A DNA stretch of 64,000 bases, from positions 2,287,156 through 2,351,155 of the forward strand of contig OY729425.1 of NCBI GenBank assembly GCA_963422345.1, in the 5' to 3' direction. The stretch is from an uncultured Sphingomonas sp. Its GTDB lineage: Bacteria > Pseudomonadota > Alphaproteobacteria > Sphingomonadales > Sphingomonadaceae. Below, piece after piece: positions 40,150 through 51,541 of the stretch; within the stretch, counting starts at the first letter, position 1, and the number at the start of each line of letters is the position of its first letter. The notes under the pieces are model-generated. The model worked only from the letters and a program-made list of their open reading frames with translations. It made no database searches and was not told the DNA's origin. The position numbers and the translations under genes are program-made.

Positions 40150-40479
40150 TTACCCACTGATGCTAGTCTCAGCGCCGTCGCTGTCAAGGAAGCGCGCGAC
40201 GTTCCGACCGTGAACATTGCGCGGCGGATCGGTGAAGATAATCCCGGTAGTATCGCGCCCGGCATAAAGGGCCGGGAGATCGTCGCTGGAGAAGCCGAGT
40301 TGGACACTCCCCGCCGGGTGAGTTTCCGAGGCGCCATGCAGTGCCAGCGTTGTACTTCCGGTGAAAAACTCGCTCCAGACAGGTGACTGACATTTGAGTT
40401 TCAGGCCGAGCACGTCGCGGTGAAACGCCACCGCCTTCTCCATGTCGCCGACATATTTGATCGCATAAGCCAGTTCCAT
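40150..40479 (-). CDS. VOC/glyoxalase family protein
   Basis: IKYVGDMEKAVAFHRDVLG..WSEF..LALH..ARFLDSDG. Confidence 0.8.
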   Translation of the reverse strand: MELAYAIKYVGDMEKAVAFHRDVLGLKLKCQSPVWSEFFTGSTTLALHGASETHPAGSVQLGFSSDDLPALYAGRDTTGIIFTDPPRNVHGRNVARFLDSDGAETSISG

Positions 40480-40492
40480 CAGCGGCTCCCCC

Positions 40493-42280
40493 TCACCGTC
40501 TCCCGAAAAGCTTTTCAATGTCGCCATGCGCGAGCTTGATCCAGGTTGGGCGACCATGATTGCATTGCCCGCTGTGCGGTGTGACTTCCATTTCGCGCAG
40601 CAGGGCATTCATCTCCGCGACCGAGAGCACACGCCCGGCGCGGACCGAGCCGTGACACGCCATGGTTGCGGCAACATGGTCGAGCCGTTCCTTGAGGCTC
40701 AGCGCCTCGTCATAAGCGGCGAGTTCGTCGGCGAGGTCGGCAAGCAGCCCGCGCACATCGCTTTGTCCGAGCATCGCCGGGACGCTGCGCACCAGCATTG
40801 CCTGTGGGCCGAAGCGTTCAAGTTCGAGCCCGAAGTCGGACAGTTCGCCAGCTCGCGCCTCCAGCCGGTCACAGGCGGGTTCATCGAGTTCAACAACTTC
40901 CGGCAACAGCAATGACTGGGCCGCGACCCCGCCCTGTGCCATCGCCTTGCGCATTCGCTCAAGCACGAGGCGTTCATGGGCGGCATGTTGGTCGACGATG
41001 ACCAGGCCGTCTTCGGCTTCGGCAACGATATAGGTGCGCGCGACCTGCCCGCGCGCAACGCCAAGCGGGAACTGTGTTGTATCCGGCGTCGGCGCATAGG
41101 CAGGTTCGGCTCTTGCCTGGGGCGGTGGCGCCGCGAAGTACGTTGGGCGCGACTCCCGGACATAGTGCTGCGCGAGCGCAGATTGTCCTTCTCCACGGTC
41201 TGCTGCCCAGAATTGGGGTGATGCCGAAGACGTGGACCCTCCTGGCTCACTTTGCCACTGTGCCATCGCGTCAGCTGCGGGGCGCTGAACGCTGCGGTGC
41301 CCTGCCTCATCGAGCGCCCGGCGCAATCCGCTGACGATCATGCCGCGCACCAGGCTCGGTTCGCGAAAACGAACTTCGGTTTTCGCAGGATGAACATTGA
41401 CGTCCACTGCGTCAGCCGGGACGTCGAGGAACAGCGCCACGACAGCGTGACGATCCCGTGCCAGCAGTTCAGCATAGGCGCCGCGCACCGCACCGATCAG
41501 CAGGCGGTCCTTGACCGGCCGGCCGTTGACGAAGAGATATTGATGATCTGCCACGCCCCGGTTGAAGGTCGGCAAGCCGGCAACCCCACCCAGTCGAAAC
41601 CCTTCACGCTCAAGATCGACCGCAATGCCATTGTCGATCAACCCGCGGTCCGTCAGCGCGGCAACGCGATCCGGCAGCGCCTCACCCGGCGGGACAGACA
41701 AGGTGCGACGGCCATCATGCTCGAGTGAAAAAGCGATGTCGGGTCGTGCCATGGCGAGACGTTTCACCACATCGAGCGCGGCGGCATATTCGGCACGCGG
41801 CGAACGCAGGAACTTGCGGCGGGCGGGCACCCGCGCGAACAGCTGTTCGACACGAACCCTTGTCCCGGGGGGAATCGCCGCGGGGCCCTCCGCTGCCAGC
41901 GCGCCATTATCAACGACGCGGCTCCAGCCCTCCGCTCCCCTTACCCGGCTTTCCAGTGTCAGCCGCGCAACACTGGCGATCGAGGGCAGCGCTTCGCCGC
42001 GAAATCCGAGCGTTACAACGCTTTCAATTGCCTCATCGGGGAGCTTCGATGTCGCGTGACGCTCGAGCGCAAGCGCCATTTCAGGCGGCGCCATCCCGCA
42101 CCCGTCATCAGTGACCTCAATCAGATCAACGCCGCCACCCGCAAGGCGAATGTCGATGCGGTGCGCACCGGCATCAATGGCATTTTCGACCAGCTCCTTG
42201 AGCGCACTCGCGGGGCGTTCAACCACCTCACCGGCGGCGATGCGATTGATCAAATGTTCGGGCAGGCGCCGTATTGACAT
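40493..42280 (-). CDS. mutL: DNA mismatch repair endonuclease MutL
   Basis: IAAGEVVERP, ELVENAIDAG, GFRGEAL; endonuclease motif DQHAAHER; CHGS and CNHGRP. Confidence 0.98.
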   Translation of the reverse strand: MSIRRLPEHLINRIAAGEVVERPASALKELVENAIDAGAHRIDIRLAGGGVDLIEVTDDGCGMAPPEMALALERHATSKLPDEAIESVVTLGFRGEALPSIASVARLTLESRVRGAEGWSRVVDNGALAAEGPAAIPPGTRVRVEQLFARVPARRKFLRSPRAEYAAALDVVKRLAMARPDIAFSLEHDGRRTLSVPPGEALPDRVAALTDRGLIDNGIAVDLEREGFRLGGVAGLPTFNRGVADHQYLFVNGRPVKDRLLIGAVRGAYAELLARDRHAVVALFLDVPADAVDVNVHPAKTEVRFREPSLVRGMIVSGLRRALDEAGHRSVQRPAADAMAQWQSEPGGSTSSASPQFWAADRGEGQSALAQHYVRESRPTYFAAPPPQARAEPAYAPTPDTTQFPLGVARGQVARTYIVAEAEDGLVIVDQHAAHERLVLERMRKAMAQGGVAAQSLLLPEVVELDEPACDRLEARAGELSDFGLELERFGPQAMLVRSVPAMLGQSDVRGLLADLADELAAYDEALSLKERLDHVAATMACHGSVRAGRVLSVAEMNALLREMEVTPHSGQCNHGRPTWIKLAHGDIEKLFGRR

Positions 42281-42420
42281 GAATGTTGCTCTAGCCCAAG
42301 CGAACGCATCCCGCGACCCGCATATACAGGTAACCAGAGCGTGGCATTCCAGGCTTTCGGGTGGCGGAATATGGCGATGTGCGACGGGCCGGATTTTCGG
42401 CCAGGAACGGAAACGAATAA

Positions 42421-43467
<1,047 letters not shown>

Positions 43468-43519
43468 TCGATTTCGCGCCGCTGTCATAGGGACAAGGCG
43501 CCGGGGATGAAGGGAAGAG

Positions 43520-44398
43520 ATGGCGCCGCCACGTAACCGGCGCCCGGGTTTTTCGCGTCGGGCGCAATATACCTATTTTATCGGTTATGTGATCGCCGTC
43601 GCCGGCTTGCTGGTCGGCGCGATCATGCTCGCGCTCGCCACCCTGGATCCCCCGGCCTTTGCCGCATTGCGGGCAACGCTGGCCGAGGTAACGACGCCGG
43701 TTTCGACGGGCATCGCCGGTGCCGGGCGCGGCATGGCGGCCATTCCGCAGGCAATTTCAGACTATACCGCTGTGCATGACCAGAATGTCGCGCTGCGCAA
43801 GCAGCTTGACGACGCAAGGGGCTTGCTGATGCGCGCGCGGGCAATTTCCTATGACAATCGCCGGTTGAAGGCGATGCTTGGGTTGCGCGAGCGGATCAGT
43901 GACCCGGTGGTGACGGCCCGACTGGTAAGCAGCACGGCATCCAGTACTCGACGCTATGCCGTGCTCAATGCGGGAAGCTGGCAAGGCGTGAAAAAGGGCC
44001 AGCCAGTGCGCGGGCCGGAAGGGCTGATCGGTCAGGTTGTCGAAACCGGCCCGAACACCGCCCGGATCCTGTTGTTGACCGATCCGGAGAGTCAAATTCC
44101 GGTACGCCGCACGCGTGATGGCATGTCAGCACTGGCAATCGGTCGGGGGGACGGATTGCTCGACATCAAATCGGCGGCATCAGCGACAGCGGATTTTCTG
44201 CCGGGCGACGTGTTCGTAACCACCGGCACCGGTGGCATCTATGCCCCCAATATTCCCGTAGCTCAGATATTGAAGCGATTCCGGGGTGATACGGGCCTCG
44301 GGCGCAGCTTCGCACAGCCCGACACGCTCGATTTTGCGCTGGTGCAACAGGCATTCATGCCAATGGCTCCGGCCTCGCCAACGGCAAAAGCCCCGTGA
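43520..44398 (+). CDS. mreC: Rod shape-determining protein MreC
   Basis: TM segment and coiled coil, then GLIGQV, LLLTD, VTTGTGGIY; operon position. Confidence 0.92.
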   Translation: MAPPRNRRPGFSRRAQYTYFIGYVIAVAGLLVGAIMLALATLDPPAFAALRATLAEVTTPVSTGIAGAGRGMAAIPQAISDYTAVHDQNVALRKQLDDARGLLMRARAISYDNRRLKAMLGLRERISDPVVTARLVSSTASSTRRYAVLNAGSWQGVKKGQPVRGPEGLIGQVVETGPNTARILLLTDPESQIPVRRTRDGMSALAIGRGDGLLDIKSAASATADFLPGDVFVTTGTGGIYAPNIPVAQILKRFRGDTGLGRSFAQPDTLDFALVQQAFMPMAPASPTAKAP

Positions 44399-44907
44399 AC
44401 ACCCCGTTAAAGGGCGCCTTTGACGACGAGCCGAACACGGGCTGGCGCAAGTTGGTGCCTGCGGCATCGATCATGCTTGGCTCGCTAATAACAATCTGGC
44501 CCCTGATCGCTTCGGTTCCCTTTCTTCCGCCACTTGGCCTGTTGATGCTGCTTGGCTGGCGCATGGCGCGGCCTGGCGTACTGGCGATCTGGGCACCGCT
44601 GCCACTTGGCTTTTTCGACGACCTGCTCAGCGGACAGCCGCTCGGCAGCGCCATCCTGCTATGGCAGGTTTGCTTTATCGTCATTGATTTGATCGACCAG
44701 CGCCTGGTGTTTCGCGACCTGTGGCAGGACTGGCTGATTGCAGGTGGCTCGCTTGCCTTTTGTCTTATCGCCGGCCGTCTGGTTGCTACGCCGCTCAGCG
44801 CCCATGTTGACACCCCGCTGGTCTTGCAGATTGCGGTTTCGGTCTTGCTGTTCCCGCTGGCGGCTCGCATCGCAATGTGGCTGGATCGAAGGCGCGCGGT
44901 CACATGA
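44395..44907 (+). CDS. mreD: Rod shape-determining protein MreD
   Basis: Multi-TM protein with LGFFDDLLSGQPLG; sits between mreC and mrdA with ATGA/GTGA overlaps. Confidence 0.88.
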   Translation: MNTPLKGAFDDEPNTGWRKLVPAASIMLGSLITIWPLIASVPFLPPLGLLMLLGWRMARPGVLAIWAPLPLGFFDDLLSGQPLGSAILLWQVCFIVIDLIDQRLVFRDLWQDWLIAGGSLAFCLIAGRLVATPLSAHVDTPLVLQIAVSVLLFPLAARIAMWLDRRRAVT

Positions 44908-46997
44908 ACAGCCCTCGGCCGAAAGTCACCGAGGCTGCACAAAGTTACAGCTTTTCCCGGCGCGCGATCTTGCTTGGTACGGTCCAGGGCGCGGTCGGGC
45001 TTGTCCTTGCCGGCCGCATGGCGTGGATCGCGGTTGCGGAAAATCAGCGGTACAGCCTGTTGAGCGAGAGCAACCGCGTCAACATGACCCTGGTACCACC
45101 CCGGCGTGGCTGGATCATCGACCGCAAGGGCGTGGCAATTGCCAATAATCGCACTGATTTTCGCGTCGACATCATCCCTGACCGGATGGAAAAGGACTCG
45201 CAGGAACGCGTTCTTGGATTGCTTCAGCAGATTCTGGGCCTGCCGCCTGAACAAGTTGACCGGATCCGCACCGACCTCAAACATGCCGCCGGATTTCAAC
45301 CCGTGCAGGTCGCAGAGAACCTTGACTGGGAACGCTTTGCTGCGGTCAGCGTGCGCATGCCCGATCTGCCCGGCGTGGCGCCAACACGCGGCTTTTCACG
45401 CAGCTATCCGGCGGGCGCCGCAGTCGCCCATCTGACAGGCTATGTCGGTGCAGCCAACGCCGAACAGTTTCAGAAGAGCCATGACCAGCTTCTGGTGACG
45501 CCCGGCTTCAAACTGGGCAAGGATGGCCTGGAAAAGGCCCTGGAGGGTCAGCTGCGCGGCAAACCCGGTGCCAAGCGCGTCGAGGTAACCGCTCGGGGCA
45601 AGCTGGTGAAGGAACTCGACACCCATGCCGACACACCCGGCACCAATGCGAGGCTGACGATTGACGCCGGGTTGCAGGAATATGCCGCGCGGCGGCTTGG
45701 CACCAATTCCGGATCAGCCGTGGTATTCGACTGTCTGACCGGCGAGATGCTGGCGATGGTCTCGATGCCGGCATATGACCCAAACCAGTTTTCCGACGGA
45801 ATCAGTCATCTTGAGTGGAAAATGCTCAGCGACGACGATCATGTTCCGTTGATGAACAAGGTGTTGCAGGGGCTTTATCCGCCGGGATCGACGGTAAAGC
45901 CAATGAACGGGCTGGCATTGCTTGAGGCGGGCGTCGATCCCGGCGCGCGGGTCAATTGCACCGGGGCGCTGCGCGTCGGGAGCGGCGTGTTCCATTGTCA
46001 CAAGAAGAGCGGGCACGGTGCGCTCGATCTCAAGAATGCGATCATGCAGAGCTGCGACATCTTCTTCTACCAGATGGTGCGCGAGGTCGGGTATGATGCG
46101 ATCGCGCCGATCGCGCGGATGCTCGGACTGGGGCAGAAATTCGACCTGCCGTTCACGACACAGCGTTATGGCACCGTGCCTGACCCGGCCTGGAAGCTGC
46201 GGCGCTATCACCAGCCATGGACGGTGGCGGATTCGCTCAATGCCTCGATCGGACAGGGCTATGTGCTGGCCAATCCGTTGCAACTGGCCGTGATGGCCTC
46301 ACGTATCGGCTCGGGACGGTTGATCCAGCCGACCTTGCTAATGGGACAAAGCAAGCCCGCCCCAGCCATGCCGCTGAAGCCGGAGTATCTCACGATGATC
46401 CGCGAGGCGATGTTCGGCGTCGTCAATGGCGGCGGTACGGGCGGCGCGGCGCGGATGGCGGTGCCGGGCGTCAGCCTCGCCGCCAAGACAGGTACCGCCC
46501 AGGTGCGACGGATAACGATGAACGAGCGCGCGGGCGGCGTGCTCAAGAATGCCGCGCTGCCGTTCAAATTGCGCGATCACGCGCTGTTCGTATGCTTCGC
46601 GCCCGCCGACAATCCGCGCTATGCTGCGGCGATCGTGCTTGAACATGGCGGACATACGGTGCGCAATCTCGACACCCCGGGAATCGGCCGGGACATCATG
46701 ACCTATCTTTTCGATCGTGACCGCGCATTGGCCAGCCTTGCCGAAGTTGAGCCAAGTTGGGGCGGCGACATCAGGACGCGCATGGCGGCGCAAACGGCGG
46801 CTTATCGTACCGCGGCAGGCGCGCCGACCGCCGTCGCCGCAGCGCAGACCCAGGCTGATGCGGACGCCGCCACCAATGCACCAGCAGTGGCCGCAGCAAC
46901 CAACGCTGCCGATGCCAGTGCCGAGGCGCAGGCAAATGCCACGGCAACGGGTGGTGGCGTGGCGACACAGGGATCGCCGGATCCGACGACACCATGA
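44904..46997 (+). CDS. mrdA: Penicillin-binding protein 2
   Basis: PPRRGWIIDR; transpeptidase motifs STVK, SCD and KTG; Ala-rich C-terminal tail. Confidence 0.95.
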   Translation: MNSPRPKVTEAAQSYSFSRRAILLGTVQGAVGLVLAGRMAWIAVAENQRYSLLSESNRVNMTLVPPRRGWIIDRKGVAIANNRTDFRVDIIPDRMEKDSQERVLGLLQQILGLPPEQVDRIRTDLKHAAGFQPVQVAENLDWERFAAVSVRMPDLPGVAPTRGFSRSYPAGAAVAHLTGYVGAANAEQFQKSHDQLLVTPGFKLGKDGLEKALEGQLRGKPGAKRVEVTARGKLVKELDTHADTPGTNARLTIDAGLQEYAARRLGTNSGSAVVFDCLTGEMLAMVSMPAYDPNQFSDGISHLEWKMLSDDDHVPLMNKVLQGLYPPGSTVKPMNGLALLEAGVDPGARVNCTGALRVGSGVFHCHKKSGHGALDLKNAIMQSCDIFFYQMVREVGYDAIAPIARMLGLGQKFDLPFTTQRYGTVPDPAWKLRRYHQPWTVADSLNASIGQGYVLANPLQLAVMASRIGSGRLIQPTLLMGQSKPAPAMPLKPEYLTMIREAMFGVVNGGGTGGAARMAVPGVSLAAKTGTAQVRRITMNERAGGVLKNAALPFKLRDHALFVCFAPADNPRYAAAIVLEHGGHTVRNLDTPGIGRDIMTYLFDRDRALASLAEVEPSWGGDIRTRMAAQTAAYRTAAGAPTAVAAAQTQADADAATNAPAVAAATNAADASAEAQANATATGGGVATQGSPDPTTP

Positions 46998-48106
46998 GCG
47001 GCCTTGATTTTGTTCCCGCACCGCTCGCGCAGCTCCCGTGGAAGATCATCACGGTGGTGCTGATCATCGCCTGCTTTGACCTGCTCGTGCTCTATTCTGC
47101 CGCAGGGGGCAGCATGCGCCCATGGGCACTGTCACAGGGCGTTCGCTTCCTCGTCTTCCTCGCCGGTGCCATTGTGCTGTCACGGGTGAAGGAAGATGTC
47201 TGGAATTTCGGTGCGCTGCCGGTTTACGGCGTCTTGATGGTCATGCTGATCCTGGTCGAGCTGATCGGCGCGGTGCGCGGTGGTGGCCAGCGATGGCTCG
47301 ATCTCGGGTTTATCAGGCTACAGCCATCCGAATTGATGAAACCCTGCATCGTGCTGGCCTGTGCCAAATTCTACGACATGCTGCCGGGCGGCGAGACGCG
47401 CAAATTTGGCGGCGTATGGCCAGCCGCGGTGCTGATCCTGCTGCCGGCAGCGATCATCATGAAGCAACCTGATCTCGGCACGGCCCTGATGGTGGTGATT
47501 GGTGGGGTGACCGTCATGTTCCTGGCTGGTGTACCGATCAGGTTGTTTGTGGGCGGCGCGCTGGCGCTGGGTGCGGCGATACCGCTGGCGATCAACTTTC
47601 TGCTGCATGGCTATCAGAAGAACCGCATTCTCGTCTTTCTTGACCCGGAGAGTGATCCGCTCGGCATTGGCTATCATATCAGCCAGTCAAAGATCGCCAT
47701 TGGGTCGGGCGGCATTTTCGGCAAGGGCTTCCTCAATGGGACACAAAGCCATCTCGACTATCTCCCTGAAGGTCAGACTGACTTCGCGCTGGCGACAATG
47801 ATGGAAGAATGGGGTTTGGTCGGCGGGGTCGGGCTGATCCTGCTGTTCGGGGTGATCGTGCAATGGGGCATCGGCGTCGCGCTGCGCGCGCAATCACGCT
47901 TTGCCAAGCTGACGGCGGCAGGACTGGCCGCGACAATCTTCTATTATGTCTCGATCAACATGGCGATGGTGATGGGATTGGCACCCGTGGTCGGCGTGCC
48001 CTTGCCGCTGATTAGCTTCGGGGGTTCCGCCCAGATGACAGTGATGATCTGCATCGGCATCCTGATGTCGATTGATCGCCAGAACCGGAATGTGGTGCGC
48101 TGGTAG
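46994..48106 (+). CDS. rodA: Rod shape-determining protein RodA (SEDS)
   Basis: RWLDLGFIRLQPSE, QPDLGT, GYHISQSKIAIGSGG, LPEGQTDF, PLISFGGS. Confidence 0.95.
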   Translation: MSGLDFVPAPLAQLPWKIITVVLIIACFDLLVLYSAAGGSMRPWALSQGVRFLVFLAGAIVLSRVKEDVWNFGALPVYGVLMVMLILVELIGAVRGGGQRWLDLGFIRLQPSELMKPCIVLACAKFYDMLPGGETRKFGGVWPAAVLILLPAAIIMKQPDLGTALMVVIGGVTVMFLAGVPIRLFVGGALALGAAIPLAINFLLHGYQKNRILVFLDPESDPLGIGYHISQSKIAIGSGGIFGKGFLNGTQSHLDYLPEGQTDFALATMMEEWGLVGGVGLILLFGVIVQWGIGVALRAQSRFAKLTAAGLAATIFYYVSINMAMVMGLAPVVGVPLPLISFGGSAQMTVMICIGILMSIDRQNRNVVRW

Positions 48107-48220
48107 CGTGCGATTGACGCGCTGCGGCAAAAAAGGGTTTGCATGTCGGCCCGGTTTTGCTAACCGGCGCGCTCCCGACGCGGTCGCGCTTTTCCAAGGC
48201 GCCTTCGACATGCCGGTCAT

Positions 48221-48296
<76 letters not shown>

Positions 48297-48387
48297 CTTT
48301 CTGTATATAGCGCAGTATATTGTACTCCCTCAATATCTCGCCTGCCGACTGTGCAAAGTGGCCAGATAGTTCTTTAGGTAGCTGGAA

Positions 48388-48777
48388 ATGGACATCTCAT
48401 CCGATCCCGCCTCTTCCGGAAGCAACAGGCAGCCAATACACGATGGCTCCACGGCGTTAGGTTATCTCGAGAAACGGTGCCCCGTTCGTGCTGCAATCGA
48501 CGTGATCGGTGGGCGATGGAAGCCGTCAATTCTGGAGTTGATCCACAAAGGCCCGCGTCGGCACGGAGAACTGAAGAACGCAATCGATGGCATCTCTTCT
48601 CAGGCTCTTTCGTTGCAACTGCGTCAGTTAACCGCCGATGGCGTGGTTGAGAAAGCAGGAAGCGTCTCACCCACTTATCACCTTACGACACGGGGTGAAC
48701 AGCTGGCCAATGTAATGGAAGAGTTAGCCATATGGGGCAGTGATTATCTCCAATGGCGCGCGCACAACCCCGCATGA
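48388..48777 (+). CDS. HxlR/DUF24-family winged-helix regulator
   Basis: CPVRAAIDVIGGRWK, RHGELK, L..QLRQL..DGVV, Y.LT.RG..L. Confidence 0.88.
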   Translation: MDISSDPASSGSNRQPIHDGSTALGYLEKRCPVRAAIDVIGGRWKPSILELIHKGPRRHGELKNAIDGISSQALSLQLRQLTADGVVEKAGSVSPTYHLTTRGEQLANVMEELAIWGSDYLQWRAHNPA

Positions 48778-48873
48778 ATATGTCAGTCACAATATTTTTC
48801 CTATCGCCTGCTGCCTAAGGCTGCTGAACTTTCCGCATGGAAGCTTGCGGAGATGGTGATGAAGAATGTTCTA

Positions 48874-49927
48874 GAGCGCGCTGCGAATAGGTGGAATCGA
48901 ATGTGGATTCCCAAGGGTGCCTGGATGTGATTCAAGCTTTGGGCTGGGTTTGGAGGCCAGCCCTTATGCCACGAGCCTATTCTCAGGATTTGCGTGACCG
49001 GGTGATCGATGCGGTGGTCCGGGGTGGCGAGAGCCGCCGCTCTGCGTCGCGACGATTTGGCGTGAGCGAGGCATCGGCGATCAAGTGGGTTCAGCGCTAT
49101 GAGCGCGCCGGCGACCGGTGCTGTGCGGGTACCGGCGGCCACCGGCCATCAAAGGTGAAGCCGGAGCGCGACTGGTTACTGGCGGTGATCGCTGCTGAGC
49201 CCGACATCACGCTGGCGGCGTTGTCGGCACGGTTGCTCGCCGAACGCGGCGTGCGGGCCGATACCGGCATGTTATCGCGCTTCTTCGTCGGTGAGGGCAT
49301 CAGCTTCAAAAAAAAGCGTGCTGCCCTCAGAACAGGATCGGCGCGACGTGGCCCGACGGCGGGCGAGCTGGAAGCGCTATCAGGGCCGGCTTGATCCGCG
49401 GCGCCTCGTCTTCATCGACGAAACCTGGGCGAAGACCAACATGACGCGCACCCATGGCCGCTGTCGCCGGGGCGAGCGGCTGCGCGCCAAGGTACCGCAT
49501 GGCCACTGGAAGACGCTGACCTTCCTCGCCGCACTCCGCTGTGACCGGATCGACGCGCCGGCCGTGATCGACGGCCCGATCAACGGGCAAAGCTTCCTCG
49601 CCTATGTCGAGCAGTTCCTGATCCCGACGCTCAAGCCGGGTGACATCGTCATCCTCGACAATCTCGGCAGCCACAAGGGTGAGGCGGTGCGCAACGCCGT
49701 TCGGGCGGCTGGCGCAAGGATCCTGTTCCTCCCGCCCTACAGCCCCGACCTGAACCCCATCGAACAGGTCTTCGCCAAGCTCAAAACGCTCCTGCGTAAA
49801 GCCCAGGAGCGATCCGTCGAGGCAACCTGGCGGCGCATCGGATCGCTCCTCGATGCCTTCTCACCTCAGGAATGCGCCAACTATCTCAGAAACTCAGGCT
49901 ATGCGTCAATCTAATCACAAAATGCTC
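48874..49927 (+). mobile_element. IS630-family insertion sequence (1054 bp) with TA target duplication
   Basis: TA at 48872-48873 and at 49928-49929. The 17-bp imperfect IRs GAGCGCGCTGCGAATAG / GAGCATTTTGTGATTAG match at 11 of 17 positions. Confidence 0.92.
48966..49914 (+). CDS. IS630 transposase in two frames joined at an A8 run (49308-49315)
   Basis: ORF1 starts MPRAYSQDLR (HTH). ORF2 carries the DDE motifs FIDET, ILDNLGSHK and PPYSPDLNPIE. Confidence 0.9.
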
Positions 49928-50623
49928 TAATAGTGACGGCCAGCGCGCGTAGCTACACCGGCGTATCCCATGCGCTTGCTTCGGCTTTCAGCGATAGTTC
50001 GGTCGTAAATGGCAACAACGTGGTGCACACCGATCTTGCATTGAATCCACCACCAGCGCTCAATGCATTGTTCGTTGAAGCCGCATTCACATCACCCATG
50101 CAACGCACGCCGGCGCAAGTGGCATCCCTGGCGTATAGCGACGAAGAGATCAGCCGATTGCGCACTGCCGATGTTTTGCTGATCGCGACACCTATGTACA
50201 ATTTCGGGGTGCCTGGTTTGCTCAAATCCTGGTTTGACCAGATCATCCGCCCGGGCGAGACGTTCCGATCAACCGGTGATCTGGCCAACCCTTATGAGGG
50301 ATTATTGGAACTACAACAGTGCATCGTGGCGACCGTTCGTGGCAGCGGAGCATTTGCACCAAACGGACCAGCTGCCGAATGGAATTTCCTGGACCGTCAT
50401 CTGACCGCGATGCTGGGATTGATCGGCGTCGCCGACCCCACATTCATCGACCTGTCCGGTGTCGATGAAAATCCTGCCCTGACAGAGGTCCGTAAGAATG
50501 AGATCATGGCGCGCCTTCGGGGTCTGGCGTAACCTGATCCGCCTGATTCACCTGGTCTCTGTATCATGTGGAGTGGACGATGCTGTCCAATGCTCCACTC
50601 GCACCCTTAGCGGTTCGCAATGT

Positions 50624-51484
50624 TCAGGCAGCAAGTGCCTCACGCGGCAGCACCGCTGCGGCATAGGCACTCTCGGCGAGCCCGATCAGCTTGCGGTCGT
50701 CATGGTTCCACGGATGAAAGCCGGGCAGGAAATAGGCCAGCCATGCACCCATTATCTTGCGCGCCATGCCGGGGCGGCCAAGCGTGTACCACAGGATACC
50801 GCGATGCGCGCGCCAACCGGTGATGCCGTCCTGTCGCAACAATTCAACCATGCCCTTGTAGCGCCCGGAAAAAAAGCGTTGCGTCACGGTGAGCATGACC
50901 AGCGACTTGACCATCCAGCGCTTGCGCCGTGACCAGTCGCGGGTTGCATGTAGCCAGGTGTCATAGGCAACACCCTTGTGTTCGATTTCCTCTGCCGCGT
51001 GCCAGCGCCACAGCGCGACTGCCTGCTCATCACCACCAGCAAGATGGCGTGGATTGGCGATCAGTTGATGCGCCAGCATCGCGGTGAAATGCTCAAGCCC
51101 CATCGTCGCCGCAAGGCTGCCAATGGGTGGCTTGCCCTTGGTCAGCGCCAGCGCCTCGTCGATATGGCGCTCCAGCAAGGTGATGTCATAGCCCTGGTCG
51201 GTAACATGGCGATTGAAGGCGACATGTTCGCGCGTGTGGATGACTTCCTGCTTGATGAACGCCTGAATCTCGTCGCGCAAACGCGGCGGCGTCCCTTCAC
51301 GGAAATTGCGCACACTGTCAATGAAATAGCCTTCTCCCTTGGGGAAGGTCACCGAAAGCGCGTTGTAGAATGCCGTAGCGAACGGATCATTGTTCAGCCA
51401 CCAGCGCCGCATCAACGCCCCGCGCCCAAAGCGCAGGTCGCGCGGAGTGATGGTCAGATCTGGCGGGGTGGCGGTCTTGGTCAC
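50624..51484 (-). CDS. Predicted metal-dependent hydrolase (Metal_hydrol-type family)
   Basis: NALSVTFPKGEGYFIDSVR, QEVIHTREH, LEHFTA, WHAAEEIEHKGVAYD. Confidence 0.85.
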   Translation of the reverse strand: MTKTATPPDLTITPRDLRFGRGALMRRWWLNNDPFATAFYNALSVTFPKGEGYFIDSVRNFREGTPPRLRDEIQAFIKQEVIHTREHVAFNRHVTDQGYDITLLERHIDEALALTKGKPPIGSLAATMGLEHFTAMLAHQLIANPRHLAGGDEQAVALWRWHAAEEIEHKGVAYDTWLHATRDWSRRKRWMVKSLVMLTVTQRFFSGRYKGMVELLRQDGITGWRAHRGILWYTLGRPGMARKIMGAWLAYFLPGFHPWNHDDRKLIGLAESAYAAAVLPREALAA

Positions 51485-51541
51485 GATTGAATTCTCCGAG
51501 GCCCGATACGGGTTGGTGCGTCATCGCATCGCTAGATAATA

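Larger units (their letters stand above)
48859..50532 (+). pseudogene. azoR: FMN-dependent NADH-azoreductase (AzoR/AcpD family) split by IS630 in codon 5
   Basis: Removing the IS and one TA joins ATG AAG AAT GTT CTA to ATA GTG ACG, giving MKNVLIVTASAR. The body has the PMYNFGVPGLLKSWFDQI motif. SD GGAG at 48849. Confidence 0.85.
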
